Source: a virus (lineage: Duplodnaviria; Caudoviricetes). From it: a stretch of DNA of 39,411 nucleotides. Where the stretch lies: positions 1 through 39,411 of the IMG/VR virus record IMGVR_UViG_3300033076_001167. One strand, written 5' to 3'. A program made the translations under genes and the position numbers. How positions within the stretch are numbered: position 1 is the first letter of the stretch; the number at the start of each line of letters is the position of its first letter. The notes below the pieces were generated by a model. The model made no database searches, was not told the DNA's origin, and saw only the letters and a program-made list of their open reading frames with translations. Shown in pieces: positions 25,500 to 34,495 of the stretch.

Positions 25500-26173
25500 T
25501 GTTTGGCATCTACGGCGGGTTTCCGTTCAGATTAGGCGGCGGGCCTTCCAAGTTGGAAGCCGAGCATATGTCCATGCTCGACGCGTTGGCTCCAGCGTGG
25601 GACGTTGGCGAAGATGAACCGACTTGGCTTGAAGCCTATGCACACGCCAAGGTTCTCACCACTATGTGGATGTGCAACGAGCGTTTGAAGAACCAAGCGT
25701 TACCGCTGAAGATGATGGAGAACCTTCCCACGTGGGAAGAAGCGACTAGCTTGCGGCCAACAGCGGAAGACTTCCCGCAAGAGCGACGCAGGCGACTTGC
25801 TGCAAAGCTGCGCGGGTACGTGGGTAACACGTTGTCGGACTTGGAAGATGTCTGCGAGCAGATATTCGGCGACAACTTCGTTGAGCTCAGGTTCTGCGAT
25901 GCGGCAAACGTTATCGCCTATTGGCCAGGTGGGACGGCCATTAGTTCTGGCATGGCTGCGCCTGGACCTCCGGGGCAAGAATGGTCGACAAATCGCGTGC
26001 GCATGGCGGTAGTTGTTACCAAGACAGGCCTAAGTGCAAACACATACATGGCCAAGGCCGGGAACCTATTCAATACGCTCGATGCGCTGGCGCCGAGTTG
26101 GATGACATTTGTCATCGGCGTCGGCTCTCAATTTGTGGTCAACGTTGGAACCGTTGGCCAAACCATTATCTGA
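25499..26173 (+). CDS. Mu gp48-like baseplate wedge protein
   Basis: LPTWEE...ERRRRLAAKL, LDALAPSW. Confidence 0.7.
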   Translation: MFGIYGGFPFRLGGGPSKLEAEHMSMLDALAPAWDVGEDEPTWLEAYAHAKVLTTMWMCNERLKNQALPLKMMENLPTWEEATSLRPTAEDFPQERRRRLAAKLRGYVGNTLSDLEDVCEQIFGDNFVELRFCDAANVIAYWPGGTAISSGMAAPGPPGQEWSTNRVRMAVVVTKTGLSANTYMAKAGNLFNTLDALAPSWMTFVIGVGSQFVVNVGTVGQTII

Positions 26174-26182
26174 GGGGTTGCG

Positions 26183-27097
26183 ATGTCATTCACCACATGG
26201 GCAAGCGCGTTCGTTGACGGCGTCGATACAATCTCTGCCGCATTCTTGAACCAGATCCGCGTTGATGTCGGACGCGCAGTCGATGGTAACGCCGGCGGCA
26301 CATACACTCCGAGCGGCACGCTCGCCATCAACGGAGCGGCAGGCGGTGGATTCTCGTCAGACAACTGTACTGGCCTGACGATGTATGTGTCAGGCTCGAG
26401 CACGCCTGGCATTGTGTGGCTCAACACGGCAGGCAACCGACCTGCTGCCAACGGAAAGAAAGAGCTCGAGAGCTTCTCGTCATCTGGAACGGCGCTGACG
26501 CGACTATACGCGCACAACGTTACCGCGGACGGGTACGGCTTCTCGTACACGGTCAACGCAGATTGGGACGAAGCTGGACGCCAGTATGCGAAGGATGTCA
26601 GCGGCGCGACAGCGTCTGAATTTGTTTTCACTAGTGATGGCGTTGCTACGCTTAGGGCGCGCGCCACAGCTGGAACGCCATTCGCAGAGTCTGCATGGGA
26701 AGAGCAGATTGTGATTAACAGCGCCGGCATTCTTGCTGGAGCAACGCCAACCGCTGACACGCTATACCCTACCAACATTCCCAAAGCGTGGGCCGTCATC
26801 GAGGTCGAGGGAGGCGGAGCAGTAACCGTACACGATGAGTTTAACGTTGGGACAGCATCGCGCTCGACATCGACAATAACGATCCCACTGCGTACAAACT
26901 TTGCGAATTCAAACTATGCTGTGCTTATAACGAACATGGGAACGTCCGCACATCAATTCATTCATTCTGTGCGGTTTATAACGCAGACTACGAGCAGTTG
27001 TTCCGTCCAGTTCTATGACAACACGAACACGCTGATTGATTTGAGCATTGCCTCAGGCGATGTGAAATTTGCTGTTGCCATGTTTGGTCGGCAATAA
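26183..27097 (+). CDS. Tail fibre protein
   Basis: ISAAFLNQI, DGNAGGTYTPS; C-terminal KAWAVI...FNV...TNFANSNYAV domain. Confidence 0.7.
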   Translation: MSFTTWASAFVDGVDTISAAFLNQIRVDVGRAVDGNAGGTYTPSGTLAINGAAGGGFSSDNCTGLTMYVSGSSTPGIVWLNTAGNRPAANGKKELESFSSSGTALTRLYAHNVTADGYGFSYTVNADWDEAGRQYAKDVSGATASEFVFTSDGVATLRARATAGTPFAESAWEEQIVINSAGILAGATPTADTLYPTNIPKAWAVIEVEGGGAVTVHDEFNVGTASRSTSTITIPLRTNFANSNYAVLITNMGTSAHQFIHSVRFITQTTSSCSVQFYDNTNTLIDLSIASGDVKFAVAMFGRQ

Positions 27098-27100
27098 ACA

Positions 27101-28111
27101 ATGGCCATAACCACCGACCCCGAATCGCCGTTGGCTGCGGAAGAAGTGACGCTTTCGTCATCTGCGGCAGGCGGTAACACCACGCGTTGGAAGCTCACTA
27201 GCTTGCCGAGCGAATCGGCGTTGTCGACCGGGTTCCTTGTGGATGCAGCCGGCGAATATGTTGAAACGTTCACGCCTGATGTTGCTGGCGAGTATGGGTT
27301 CACTGCGTACGGGTACACCAACTTTCAGACCGTCGCGACGCATGCCGCTGATGTTGTTGTCTCGCGGTCGGCATTTGTTGGATCTGAGTCTGACACCGTT
27401 CACGTTGCCGGGTATGCATCGATTCCGATTCGCACGCGCAACGGCAATGGCTGCACGCTGAGATTCAAGGTCAAGAACTTCACAATCGTCGACGCAGAAT
27501 GCATCGATGCCATCAACGATGCAAGCCGTGTTGCGATACTGACAGCCGGCGTGACTGCTGCGCTTGCAGCTGTGATAGGTGCAGATGCTGACGAGACGAT
27601 TGACCTAATCAACGGATCCAACGCACTGCGCACAGCGTATGAAGCGCATAGGATCCGCACCGCCGGAGCGACACACGCTGCGGCAGACACAACCAACGTT
27701 GTGGAGCCTATGGACGCCGCTACGCTGGACGATGCTATCAAGCTCGTAAACGCGTTGGCTGACATGCTTGGGGCACATCTAGTCGCTGGAGCTAGCGGCA
27801 CGCGTTGGCATCGCACGGTAGACGATACGACCAACACAAGCGCAGTAGACAAGGCGACAACCGTTGCCGGAGCCTATGTCTTGCTCCAAGACTTGTCATA
27901 TCGAGTCTATGAGCGGCACCGCGTGTTCCTAGACGGGTTCGATGTGCATGGTGCCTCTGACTCAACCAACACGCTCGCAGCGTCGCAGCTGATTGATGAT
28001 GTCATCGTTGCGATAATTGACGCACTCGCTGACGCTACGCCTTCCGCGCCCACTGGTGAGCCTGAAGGCCTGACATATCTCGCGCAAGCGCATGGGTTCT
28101 CGGTGTCCTGA
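27101..28111 (+). CDS. Virion protein: Ig/PKD-like N-terminus plus His-containing repeats
   Basis: WKLTSLP..S...FTPDVAGEY Ig-like motif; three LxxxYxxH...H..xD.TN repeats like those in 10487-11029. Confidence 0.65.
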   Translation: MAITTDPESPLAAEEVTLSSSAAGGNTTRWKLTSLPSESALSTGFLVDAAGEYVETFTPDVAGEYGFTAYGYTNFQTVATHAADVVVSRSAFVGSESDTVHVAGYASIPIRTRNGNGCTLRFKVKNFTIVDAECIDAINDASRVAILTAGVTAALAAVIGADADETIDLINGSNALRTAYEAHRIRTAGATHAAADTTNVVEPMDAATLDDAIKLVNALADMLGAHLVAGASGTRWHRTVDDTTNTSAVDKATTVAGAYVLLQDLSYRVYERHRVFLDGFDVHGASDSTNTLAASQLIDDVIVAIIDALADATPSAPTGEPEGLTYLAQAHGFSVS

Positions 28112-28884
28112 TGCCTAGCATTGTTCTGAACGGAGGCGCTGCAGGCGCAAAGGCGTCTGTCTCTGCTGCTGGCGCTGTGTCGGCCACACTTGAAACGATC
28201 GCCGGCGTTCGCGCTGTCACGTGGTCCGTTGCCGGCACAGACGAGACCACGACAGCTGGTAGCTTCACACTGACGCAGAGCGGCAGCATCGGACAGAATT
28301 GCTCTTTGACTGCTGGTGGGGCTGGGACCGCAGGCATTCTCAAAGCCACGTGCGCGATGCGCGATGGCACGTACGAAACGACGACTGCCAAATGGTACGT
28401 GCCGACCACTGTCCGTGGCCTTGAAGTCATCGCATACGCAGAAGAAGGCGAAAGCGGAGCATCCGGATGGGCGGAGCCTGTCAACGAGATGTGCCGAGCT
28501 GCTGACACATCGGCATTTGCTGACGGGCAGACGATCGCATCAGTGGCAAGCGTGTTCCAGACGGCGCAGACCAGCTACCAGACAGGTCCCGCGTTGGTCG
28601 CAGACTTGACCGGCGTTGCGTCTGTAACGTTTGAAGCTGTTCTCGAAGCCACTAGCGGAATGACAGCGCGTGTCAGGCTATACAACCAAGACACAGCGTC
28701 AGCAGTGACAGACTCAGCTTTGACTACAACGAGCACAACGCCTACTCGAGTCAGTACAACACTGACGGTTCCCGCTGACTTGCCGGCGTCTTTACAGACG
28801 TACTTGGTGCAGCTGCAGATTAGCGCAGGTAGCCCAGGCGATGCGGACCAGGTGGTATGCAGATGGGCTGCGCTTAGGGCATAG
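28111..28884 (+). CDS. Tail fibre/appendage protein
   Basis: Ala/Thr/Gly-rich beta protein; RVRLYN...YLVQL jelly-roll-like C-terminus. Confidence 0.55.
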   Translation: MPSIVLNGGAAGAKASVSAAGAVSATLETIAGVRAVTWSVAGTDETTTAGSFTLTQSGSIGQNCSLTAGGAGTAGILKATCAMRDGTYETTTAKWYVPTTVRGLEVIAYAEEGESGASGWAEPVNEMCRAADTSAFADGQTIASVASVFQTAQTSYQTGPALVADLTGVASVTFEAVLEATSGMTARVRLYNQDTASAVTDSALTTTSTTPTRVSTTLTVPADLPASLQTYLVQLQISAGSPGDADQVVCRWAALRA

Positions 28885-28886
28885 CT

Positions 28887-29900
28887 ATGGCGTGGGCCGC
28901 TCCAACGCAAACGAAAACCTGGACGCCGGTGTCCAGCACGATAACGGCCGGAGCATCGCACGCCGCGACGTGCAAGACGTCAATGCGAACGTGGGTTAAT
29001 TCGCATTTGCTCGCGGTGCCTTCGTCGTCGTGCGTTGGGTCGAGCAACGGCGTGACCGCCGGAATCGACGGAACGAACCGATGGTCTTCTGATTCCGACA
29101 TCGTTTGGGCGGCCGCCGGGGCGCGTTCTTGGATCATCGTGAAACTCGCGGGCATTGCGTCGAATTTCCAGGTGCTTATCGCGCTGTCAAATAGCGCCAC
29201 GAATACATACCAAGCGCAATTCTACGTCTCGCCGAATGCCGGTTTTACGGGCGGCGGCACGACGTCCAACCCAAGCGCGACCGATACGGTTTCGTGGGGG
29301 ACGCAATCGTGGAACACCTTTGCGAGCACGGCAACGAACGCAAACCAAGCGGTGCACACTGTGTACAGCTCCGATGGTGCGCACGTGCGATCGTTCTGGT
29401 GCCGCTCGGGCGTCGCGTCGGCCGCGCAATGGTTCGACGTGCCTGACCTCATCGTAGACGGTACAAACTGGCCACAACCGCACTTGAGCATGTTCAACGC
29501 GGCATCCGGTGCGGAGGCGTGCACGCAAGCTCTTCTCGCAAGCGCGACGTCGCCAGCGTTCGGCACGCGGAATAACGCTACCAGTGCAATCAACGCGGCG
29601 ACCCTGATAGGCCTCGCGACTGGCACGGCCGCATCTGGGAGCGCGGCAGGCATGCTCCCCGCGCGAACGGCGAAGAATTCGCTCGCGAACGCGTGGGAAT
29701 GCTCGCCCGTGTTCGTGGGAATCACGGCCATGTCGCTATTGGAAGGGACACACGGCACCATGCGGGATCTCTACTGGCGCGCGGGAACCGGCACGGTAGC
29801 AACGGGCGACACCGCACCATCCGTTGGTGCCGCGCAATGGGTCGTGTTCGGGGATTTCCTCGTTCCCTGGAGCGGGTCGGCACCGACGGTGACGCCATGA
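28887..29900 (+). CDS. Virion appendage protein A (paralog of 29897-30859)
   Basis: Ser/Thr/Trp-rich; FYVSPNAGFTGGGTTSNPSATD, TGDTAPS...WVVFGDFLVPW. Confidence 0.65.
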   Translation: MAWAAPTQTKTWTPVSSTITAGASHAATCKTSMRTWVNSHLLAVPSSSCVGSSNGVTAGIDGTNRWSSDSDIVWAAAGARSWIIVKLAGIASNFQVLIALSNSATNTYQAQFYVSPNAGFTGGGTTSNPSATDTVSWGTQSWNTFASTATNANQAVHTVYSSDGAHVRSFWCRSGVASAAQWFDVPDLIVDGTNWPQPHLSMFNAASGAEACTQALLASATSPAFGTRNNATSAINAATLIGLATGTAASGSAAGMLPARTAKNSLANAWECSPVFVGITAMSLLEGTHGTMRDLYWRAGTGTVATGDTAPSVGAAQWVVFGDFLVPWSGSAPTVTP

Positions 29901-30859
29901 CGACGCCACTCACGGCCCCGACGTACACCTGGACGTGCGACGTAAACAACGCCGCCGCAGCCGGTGCGTCGACATACATCCAGGCGCAGAATACAATACA
30001 CGAGGTCAAAACCGCCCTGGTAAACCTCGGGTGGACGCTGCAAAGCTCGTCAAATTCATCGAGCGCCGGCGCTTCCGACTACCTCACGGCGTCTACAAAT
30101 TGGGTGTGGTCCACGGGGGCGCATGCATGGGCGCGGTTGCGCGATCCTGACCTATCTAACTTCGAGATCGTGATCGACTGCAATCGGTCGAGTGTTAACC
30201 CGCAAACGATTGACATCTATTTCTCGCCGTCCGGCGGATTCTCCGGGGGTTCCACGACGGCGCGACCGACTGCAAGCGATGAGCAGTCGATCCTGTCCGC
30301 TGGGAATTGGCTCCCCACCGCATCGGCGACGGCAACCGTCGTCCACGCCACGCGAAGCGCGGGGGTAGGAACGAGGCTTTGGATCTATCGCGGCGGAAGC
30401 CTCGTCTCGTGGTGGCAATTCGACCTATTGCGCACGCAAATTAGCGGGCAGTCCGATGGCGTTGTGGCTCGCGTTCACGGGTCTGCGAACGCCACAAACG
30501 ACACCGAGCTAGCGAGCGCGCAGAACGCGTTCTGTGTGATGGGTTCGACGAAGGTTTCAATGTACTACGCGATCCCGGCGCAGGCTTCCGTCTCCACGTA
30601 TTGGAGCGACCGCACGACGGATCTGGCCGACGCGAACGAGCTGGAAAGTACCACGATATACCCGGCGCACCCGCTGATTTGGGTCGGGAACACCGCGAGC
30701 TATTACGGGTCGCACGCGATCGCGGATGATCTCTACATCGTCAGCACGGGCCTGTCGGACGGCGACGACGCGCCAAGCACTGGGGTCACGAAAAAATGGG
30801 TTGTCGTCGGTAACCTCCTCGTTCCGTGGGACGGGGCGAGCACGATGAATACGAGCTAG
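29897..30859 (+). CDS. Virion appendage protein B (paralog of 28887-29900)
   Basis: ATGA-coupled start at 29897; IYFSPSGGFSGGSTTARPTASD, DGDDAPS...WVVVGNLLVPW. Confidence 0.65.
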   Translation: MTTPLTAPTYTWTCDVNNAAAAGASTYIQAQNTIHEVKTALVNLGWTLQSSSNSSSAGASDYLTASTNWVWSTGAHAWARLRDPDLSNFEIVIDCNRSSVNPQTIDIYFSPSGGFSGGSTTARPTASDEQSILSAGNWLPTASATATVVHATRSAGVGTRLWIYRGGSLVSWWQFDLLRTQISGQSDGVVARVHGSANATNDTELASAQNAFCVMGSTKVSMYYAIPAQASVSTYWSDRTTDLADANELESTTIYPAHPLIWVGNTASYYGSHAIADDLYIVSTGLSDGDDAPSTGVTKKWVVVGNLLVPWDGASTMNTS

Positions 30860-30862
30860 CAA

Positions 30863-31063
30863 ATGGCTGCTATTGATTTCCTATTGGTTTCGTCTGGCAC
30901 CAACGTTGTGACAACAACCTATTGCGCAATGCAGGCATGGGATGACACTGATAACGCCCTCGTGTCATGGGTTGCCACTGCGGCAGAGGACTTTGCCGGT
31001 GCCTCCTATGCTGGTCCGGGTCCGCTTTCTGATGTAACGTTATTGGCAACGTGGACGGTGTGA
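30863..31063 (+). CDS. Small hypothetical protein
   Basis: Fills the gap; coupled to the next gene. Confidence 0.55.
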   Translation: MAAIDFLLVSSGTNVVTTTYCAMQAWDDTDNALVSWVATAAEDFAGASYAGPGPLSDVTLLATWTV

Positions 31064-31065
31064 CA

Positions 31066-31599
31066 ATGCAGACAATCGCTGCGCGCGTTGACGCATTAGA
31101 AGCAACATCCGAGGACTTTTCTGAAGGACTAGCGCACGTTCACGCGCGCCTAGATGTAGCAAACGAGAACGCAGAGCGCGCGGCAAAGTCTGTCGATCAT
31201 TTGCTCGGCAAGTTTGCGGCCTTTGATGGCCGTCTTGAAAGCGCCACAACCATCCTTCGCGACGTCATGAAGGCGGTGGAAACACTGCCGGACATGCGCA
31301 GGCAGCTACAAATCATCATGGATGCGCTACTGCGAGAGCACGAAACGATCCGCAAGTCAAACGCTGACCTTGCAGACGTAGCAACGCAAGCAGCTGTGCT
31401 GGCGCGCGATGTGGAGCATATCAAAGCTCGTGTATCTGATGCGCGCGCGCTGTCTGAAAGCAACAACCGATGGCATCGTGAGCAGATGCTTTCGATTGCA
31501 GAAGACCAGAAGGTTCCGCGTCAGCTTGCAATCGACATTACCAAGGGTCTTGTGGTTGCGTTTTTCGCTGCTCTGATGACGTATCTCTTCAACAGGTGA
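31066..31599 (+). CDS. Coiled-coil protein with a C-terminal TM helix (lysis-associated?)
   Basis: Long heptad pattern ending GLVVAFFAALMTYLF; start 31060 or 31066. Confidence 0.55.
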   Translation: MQTIAARVDALEATSEDFSEGLAHVHARLDVANENAERAAKSVDHLLGKFAAFDGRLESATTILRDVMKAVETLPDMRRQLQIIMDALLREHETIRKSNADLADVATQAAVLARDVEHIKARVSDARALSESNNRWHREQMLSIAEDQKVPRQLAIDITKGLVVAFFAALMTYLFNR

Positions 31600-31603
31600 G
31601 GCA

Positions 31604-31879
31604 ATGGAGCTCTTCGCAATCAATCACGAGTTTGTGGCGTTCGTTGTCGCAGCCGTTGCTGTGTTTCGCAAGTATTACCCGCGCATTGATGGCGCCTACG
31701 TTCCGATCGCTGCGCTTGCGATCGCGTTGGTGCTCTCGGTTGGGTACCGTGCCGCAGCTGGAGCGACGGCAGTTGAGCTGCTTGGCGCTGCGCTGATGGC
31801 GTTCAAGGTCGCTGTGGCAGCGGTTGGCGGGGCTGAATTTGTGCGGTGGACTGCCGGCAAGATTGGTGCTTCGCAGTGA
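31604..31879 (+). CDS. Putative holin
   Basis: 91 aa with three hydrophobic segments; GAGG RBS. Confidence 0.65.
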   Translation: MELFAINHEFVAFVVAAVAVFRKYYPRIDGAYVPIAALAIALVLSVGYRAAAGATAVELLGAALMAFKVAVAAVGGAEFVRWTAGKIGASQ

Positions 31880-32226
31880 GCACAGCAGCGCGAGCGCTTG
31901 CGCTTATCGTTGTCGGATGCGCGTCGATGCAACATCAGCCGCAAGCGCAATTCGCCGAAGCCATCGCGGTCGTTGCAAACACTGGAGCTCCGATGCTTGT
32001 TGACGCATACAAGCACGACTCAGACTCGCACGCCGATCTCAAATGGGAGCGCGTATGGGCAGCGTGGGAGGCATTCCGGATCGCCCATGGTGCATATGCG
32101 CAGAGCATCGAGAGCGGTGACACTCCGTCTCCGGAAACTGTGCTTCGCACATATTGCGCACTTGTTGGCGTTGTCCCTGCGGAATCTAAGCACGTTGTTG
32201 CGGTGCCTGGGGTGTGCAGTGAGTAA
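31876..32226 (+). CDS. Putative lipoprotein (spanin candidate)
   Basis: GTG 31876; RALALIVVG-C lipobox-like signal with a short h-region. Confidence 0.5.
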   Translation: MSTAARALALIVVGCASMQHQPQAQFAEAIAVVANTGAPMLVDAYKHDSDSHADLKWERVWAAWEAFRIAHGAYAQSIESGDTPSPETVLRTYCALVGVVPAESKHVVAVPGVCSE

Positions 32227-32434
32227 GGCTCTTGCGATTCTCGCGGCAGCTGCACGTGGAGCAGGCAAGGTCTTGCCGGGCAAGGCTGGCGATGTTGCGA
32301 GCGTAACCGCTGCAGCGCTCGACATGGCTTCGGAGCTCGTATCCCTTGGCGCATCTGCTGGAGACATCGTGCACATCACGCGCGTGCAGGACATTCGGCG
32401 CATGGTCGAGCAAGCCAAGGCGGAGAAGAACTAA
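32219..32434 (+). CDS. Small Ala-rich amphipathic protein
   Basis: GTG 32219 overlapping the lipoprotein stop; stop overlaps the next ATG. Confidence 0.55.
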   Translation: MSKALAILAAAARGAGKVLPGKAGDVASVTAAALDMASELVSLGASAGDIVHITRVQDIRRMVEQAKAEKN

Positions 32435-32766
32435 TGCGCACAACCGGTGAAGTGTATCAGGGGAGCCTGTCTCCCTTGGCATTCGTGCTTGATGTAACGC
32501 CTAGCGATAGCGCTAGTGTCGGCGGCGTTCCAGACTTGTCAGTCGTAACAGCTGCATCCTTCCGTGTGTATTTGCCGGACGGAACTAGCGCAACGTGGAC
32601 TGCGACGATGACAAGGCAGACAGCGACAACGCTGCGCCTGACGCATGCATACGCAAGCGGGAACCTATCGCAGACTGGTCGTTACGTCATCTTTGCCGAC
32701 CTAACAACGCCTGATGGCACTGAGCCATGTGAGCCGGTCACGCTAGTTGTCAAAGCCGCAAGATAA
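32434..32766 (+). CDS. BppU-N-like Ig-fold virion protein
   Basis: DLS..T...RVYLPDGT..TWTA...GNLSQTGRY. Confidence 0.55.
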   Translation: MRTTGEVYQGSLSPLAFVLDVTPSDSASVGGVPDLSVVTAASFRVYLPDGTSATWTATMTRQTATTLRLTHAYASGNLSQTGRYVIFADLTTPDGTEPCEPVTLVVKAAR

Positions 32767-32778
32767 GAGAGGGTTGCC

Positions 32779-33411
32779 ATGTCTGCTTTGTTCGTTAAGG
32801 CGCGAAAGAAGATCCTAGACGCCGACATTGATTTGCTTGTCGACAATATCAAGGTCGCTCTAGTCGACATCGCAGACACCACAGCGAAAGCAATCACCGG
32901 AGCGACAAACGCCACTCCGATTGTCGTGACCGCAACGTCCCATGGGTTCTCCAACGGAGATTACGTGTCAATTCACGGAGTCGCCGGTAACACTGCAGCG
33001 AATGGCCATTACAAGGTGGCAAACGTCGCTACGAATACATTTGAGCTCACGGACCCAAGGACCGGAGCCAACGTCGCTGGCAACGGCGCTTACACTTCCG
33101 GCGGGTATGCCTTGCCTCTCGGCGGTTACGAATTTGTTAGCGACATCACTGCCGCAGCGATCGTCGCGCGGTCTGCCAACCTTGGCAGCAAGACCACAAC
33201 GTCAGGAGTCTTTGACGCTGCGGACACGAGCTTCAGCGCTGTCACTGGCGATGCTTGCGAGGTGTTGTTCTTGTTTAAGGACAGCGGTGCCGACAGCTCT
33301 TCTCCTGTGATTGCTGTGATCGATTCGTTCACCAGCGGAATGCCTGTCACGCCTAACGGCGGAGACATCAACGTGACGTTTTCGGCGTCTGGTATTCTGG
33401 CTTTGATTTGA
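32779..33411 (+). CDS. Phage virion protein with an inserted E1-FCCH-like beta domain
   Basis: Frame DIDL..D.IKVALV...FDAAD...PVTPNGGDI interrupted by ITGATNATPIVVTATSHGFSNGDYVSI.GV.GNT.ANG.Y.V. Confidence 0.65.
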   Translation: MSALFVKARKKILDADIDLLVDNIKVALVDIADTTAKAITGATNATPIVVTATSHGFSNGDYVSIHGVAGNTAANGHYKVANVATNTFELTDPRTGANVAGNGAYTSGGYALPLGGYEFVSDITAAAIVARSANLGSKTTTSGVFDAADTSFSAVTGDACEVLFLFKDSGADSSSPVIAVIDSFTSGMPVTPNGGDINVTFSASGILALI

Positions 33412-33415
33412 AAGG

Positions 33416-33652
33416 ATGCGACCGATGAACCTTGAAGAGATGTCGCTTGTCGAACTAGAGAATTTCGCCGGTCTCATGACCAAGAAGCACTTGGAGCTTC
33501 AGAACTTGCGACGGAGCATCGCCGCAGAACTCGAGCGCAGGAACATGCTTGACGTTGCGATCGCTGCGAAGCGCGAAGCGGATGCTTTGCTAGCTAAGGC
33601 CAGCGGAGCAATCCAAGTGCAGACGATCGAAATCCCGGATTGGATCAAGTGA
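33416..33652 (+). CDS. Small coiled-coil protein
   Basis: Helical, charged; fills the gap. Confidence 0.6.
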   Translation: MRPMNLEEMSLVELENFAGLMTKKHLELQNLRRSIAAELERRNMLDVAIAAKREADALLAKASGAIQVQTIEIPDWIK

Positions 33653-34495
33653 ATGGCTGCGATTGCGAGCCTGTCTGATTTGGTCAACTACACCACGGGC
33701 GGCAGCAGCGGTGCCCCTGAGACCATTTCATTTTACAAGGCTGCGCGCGTGGGCGGTGCCGCTGCTGCAGCGACGGTCGCAAACAAATGGACGTCTATTT
33801 GGCAGTATGACGGAACTCCATCCCATGGCGCAGCGCCTGGCGCTGTGGCTGCACCAACCAACGCCACTGCCGGAGGTCTGAAGCAAACAGACCCGGCAGG
33901 CGGGAAGACGAGATGGCTCACGGGCGCACTGGGGTGCGCGTCATCGCTCGGGACGCTGGTATTGTTCGATCGTCTGCTCCACATTTCAGGCCTGAGTGGG
34001 ACCACGCTGACAGCGCAAACAGTTGGCGGCTCGCTCGGCCGATACACATCGGCCACTGATGCGCCAGGCAACCAGATATGGGCAGAAATCTATACGCAAA
34101 TTGGGACGTCAGCGACAACGATAACCGCAAGCTATACAGACCAAGACGGCAACAGCGGCGCAACGTCGCAGGCTGTGGCGTTCGGCGGCACTGGTAACCG
34201 CGAAGCTCAACGCTTGATACAGCTGCCGCTAGCGTCTGGAGACACTGGCGTCACTGCCGTTGCATCATGCACAATCGCCGGAAGCACTGGCACCGCTGGA
34301 GACTTCGGCATCAACATTATGCGCCCGCTGCTCTCGTTTCCCATCACGACAGCAGCAGTCGGCACGATGCTAGGCCCAACAGGGATCGGATTGCCTGTGT
34401 CAATTAAGACTGATGCATGCTTGTTCTTTGCGTTCTTCGCGAATGGCACGACGGCGCCTGAAATCATGGGCCAAATCTCGTTGGTTGATGCATGA
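33653..34495 (+). CDS. Virion appendage protein C (paralog of 34492-35304)
   Basis: LFDRL, YTDQDGNSG, LPLASGDTGV, AGDFGINIMRPL, DACL. Confidence 0.65.
   Translation: MAAIASLSDLVNYTTGGSSGAPETISFYKAARVGGAAAAATVANKWTSIWQYDGTPSHGAAPGAVAAPTNATAGGLKQTDPAGGKTRWLTGALGCASSLGTLVLFDRLLHISGLSGTTLTAQTVGGSLGRYTSATDAPGNQIWAEIYTQIGTSATTITASYTDQDGNSGATSQAVAFGGTGNREAQRLIQLPLASGDTGVTAVASCTIAGSTGTAGDFGINIMRPLLSFPITTAAVGTMLGPTGIGLPVSIKTDACLFFAFFANGTTAPEIMGQISLVDA

Noticed and set aside
5115-26173. Interpretation as a tailocin, eCIS or gene transfer agent
   Set aside because: Complete head and packaging genes plus a phage-style early gene array indicate a true phage; only one GTA-like gene is present
29693-29896. 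68-codon N-terminal extension of the 29693-30859 ORF
   Set aside because: Overlaps the upstream gene; paralog alignment and ATGA coupling place the start at 29897
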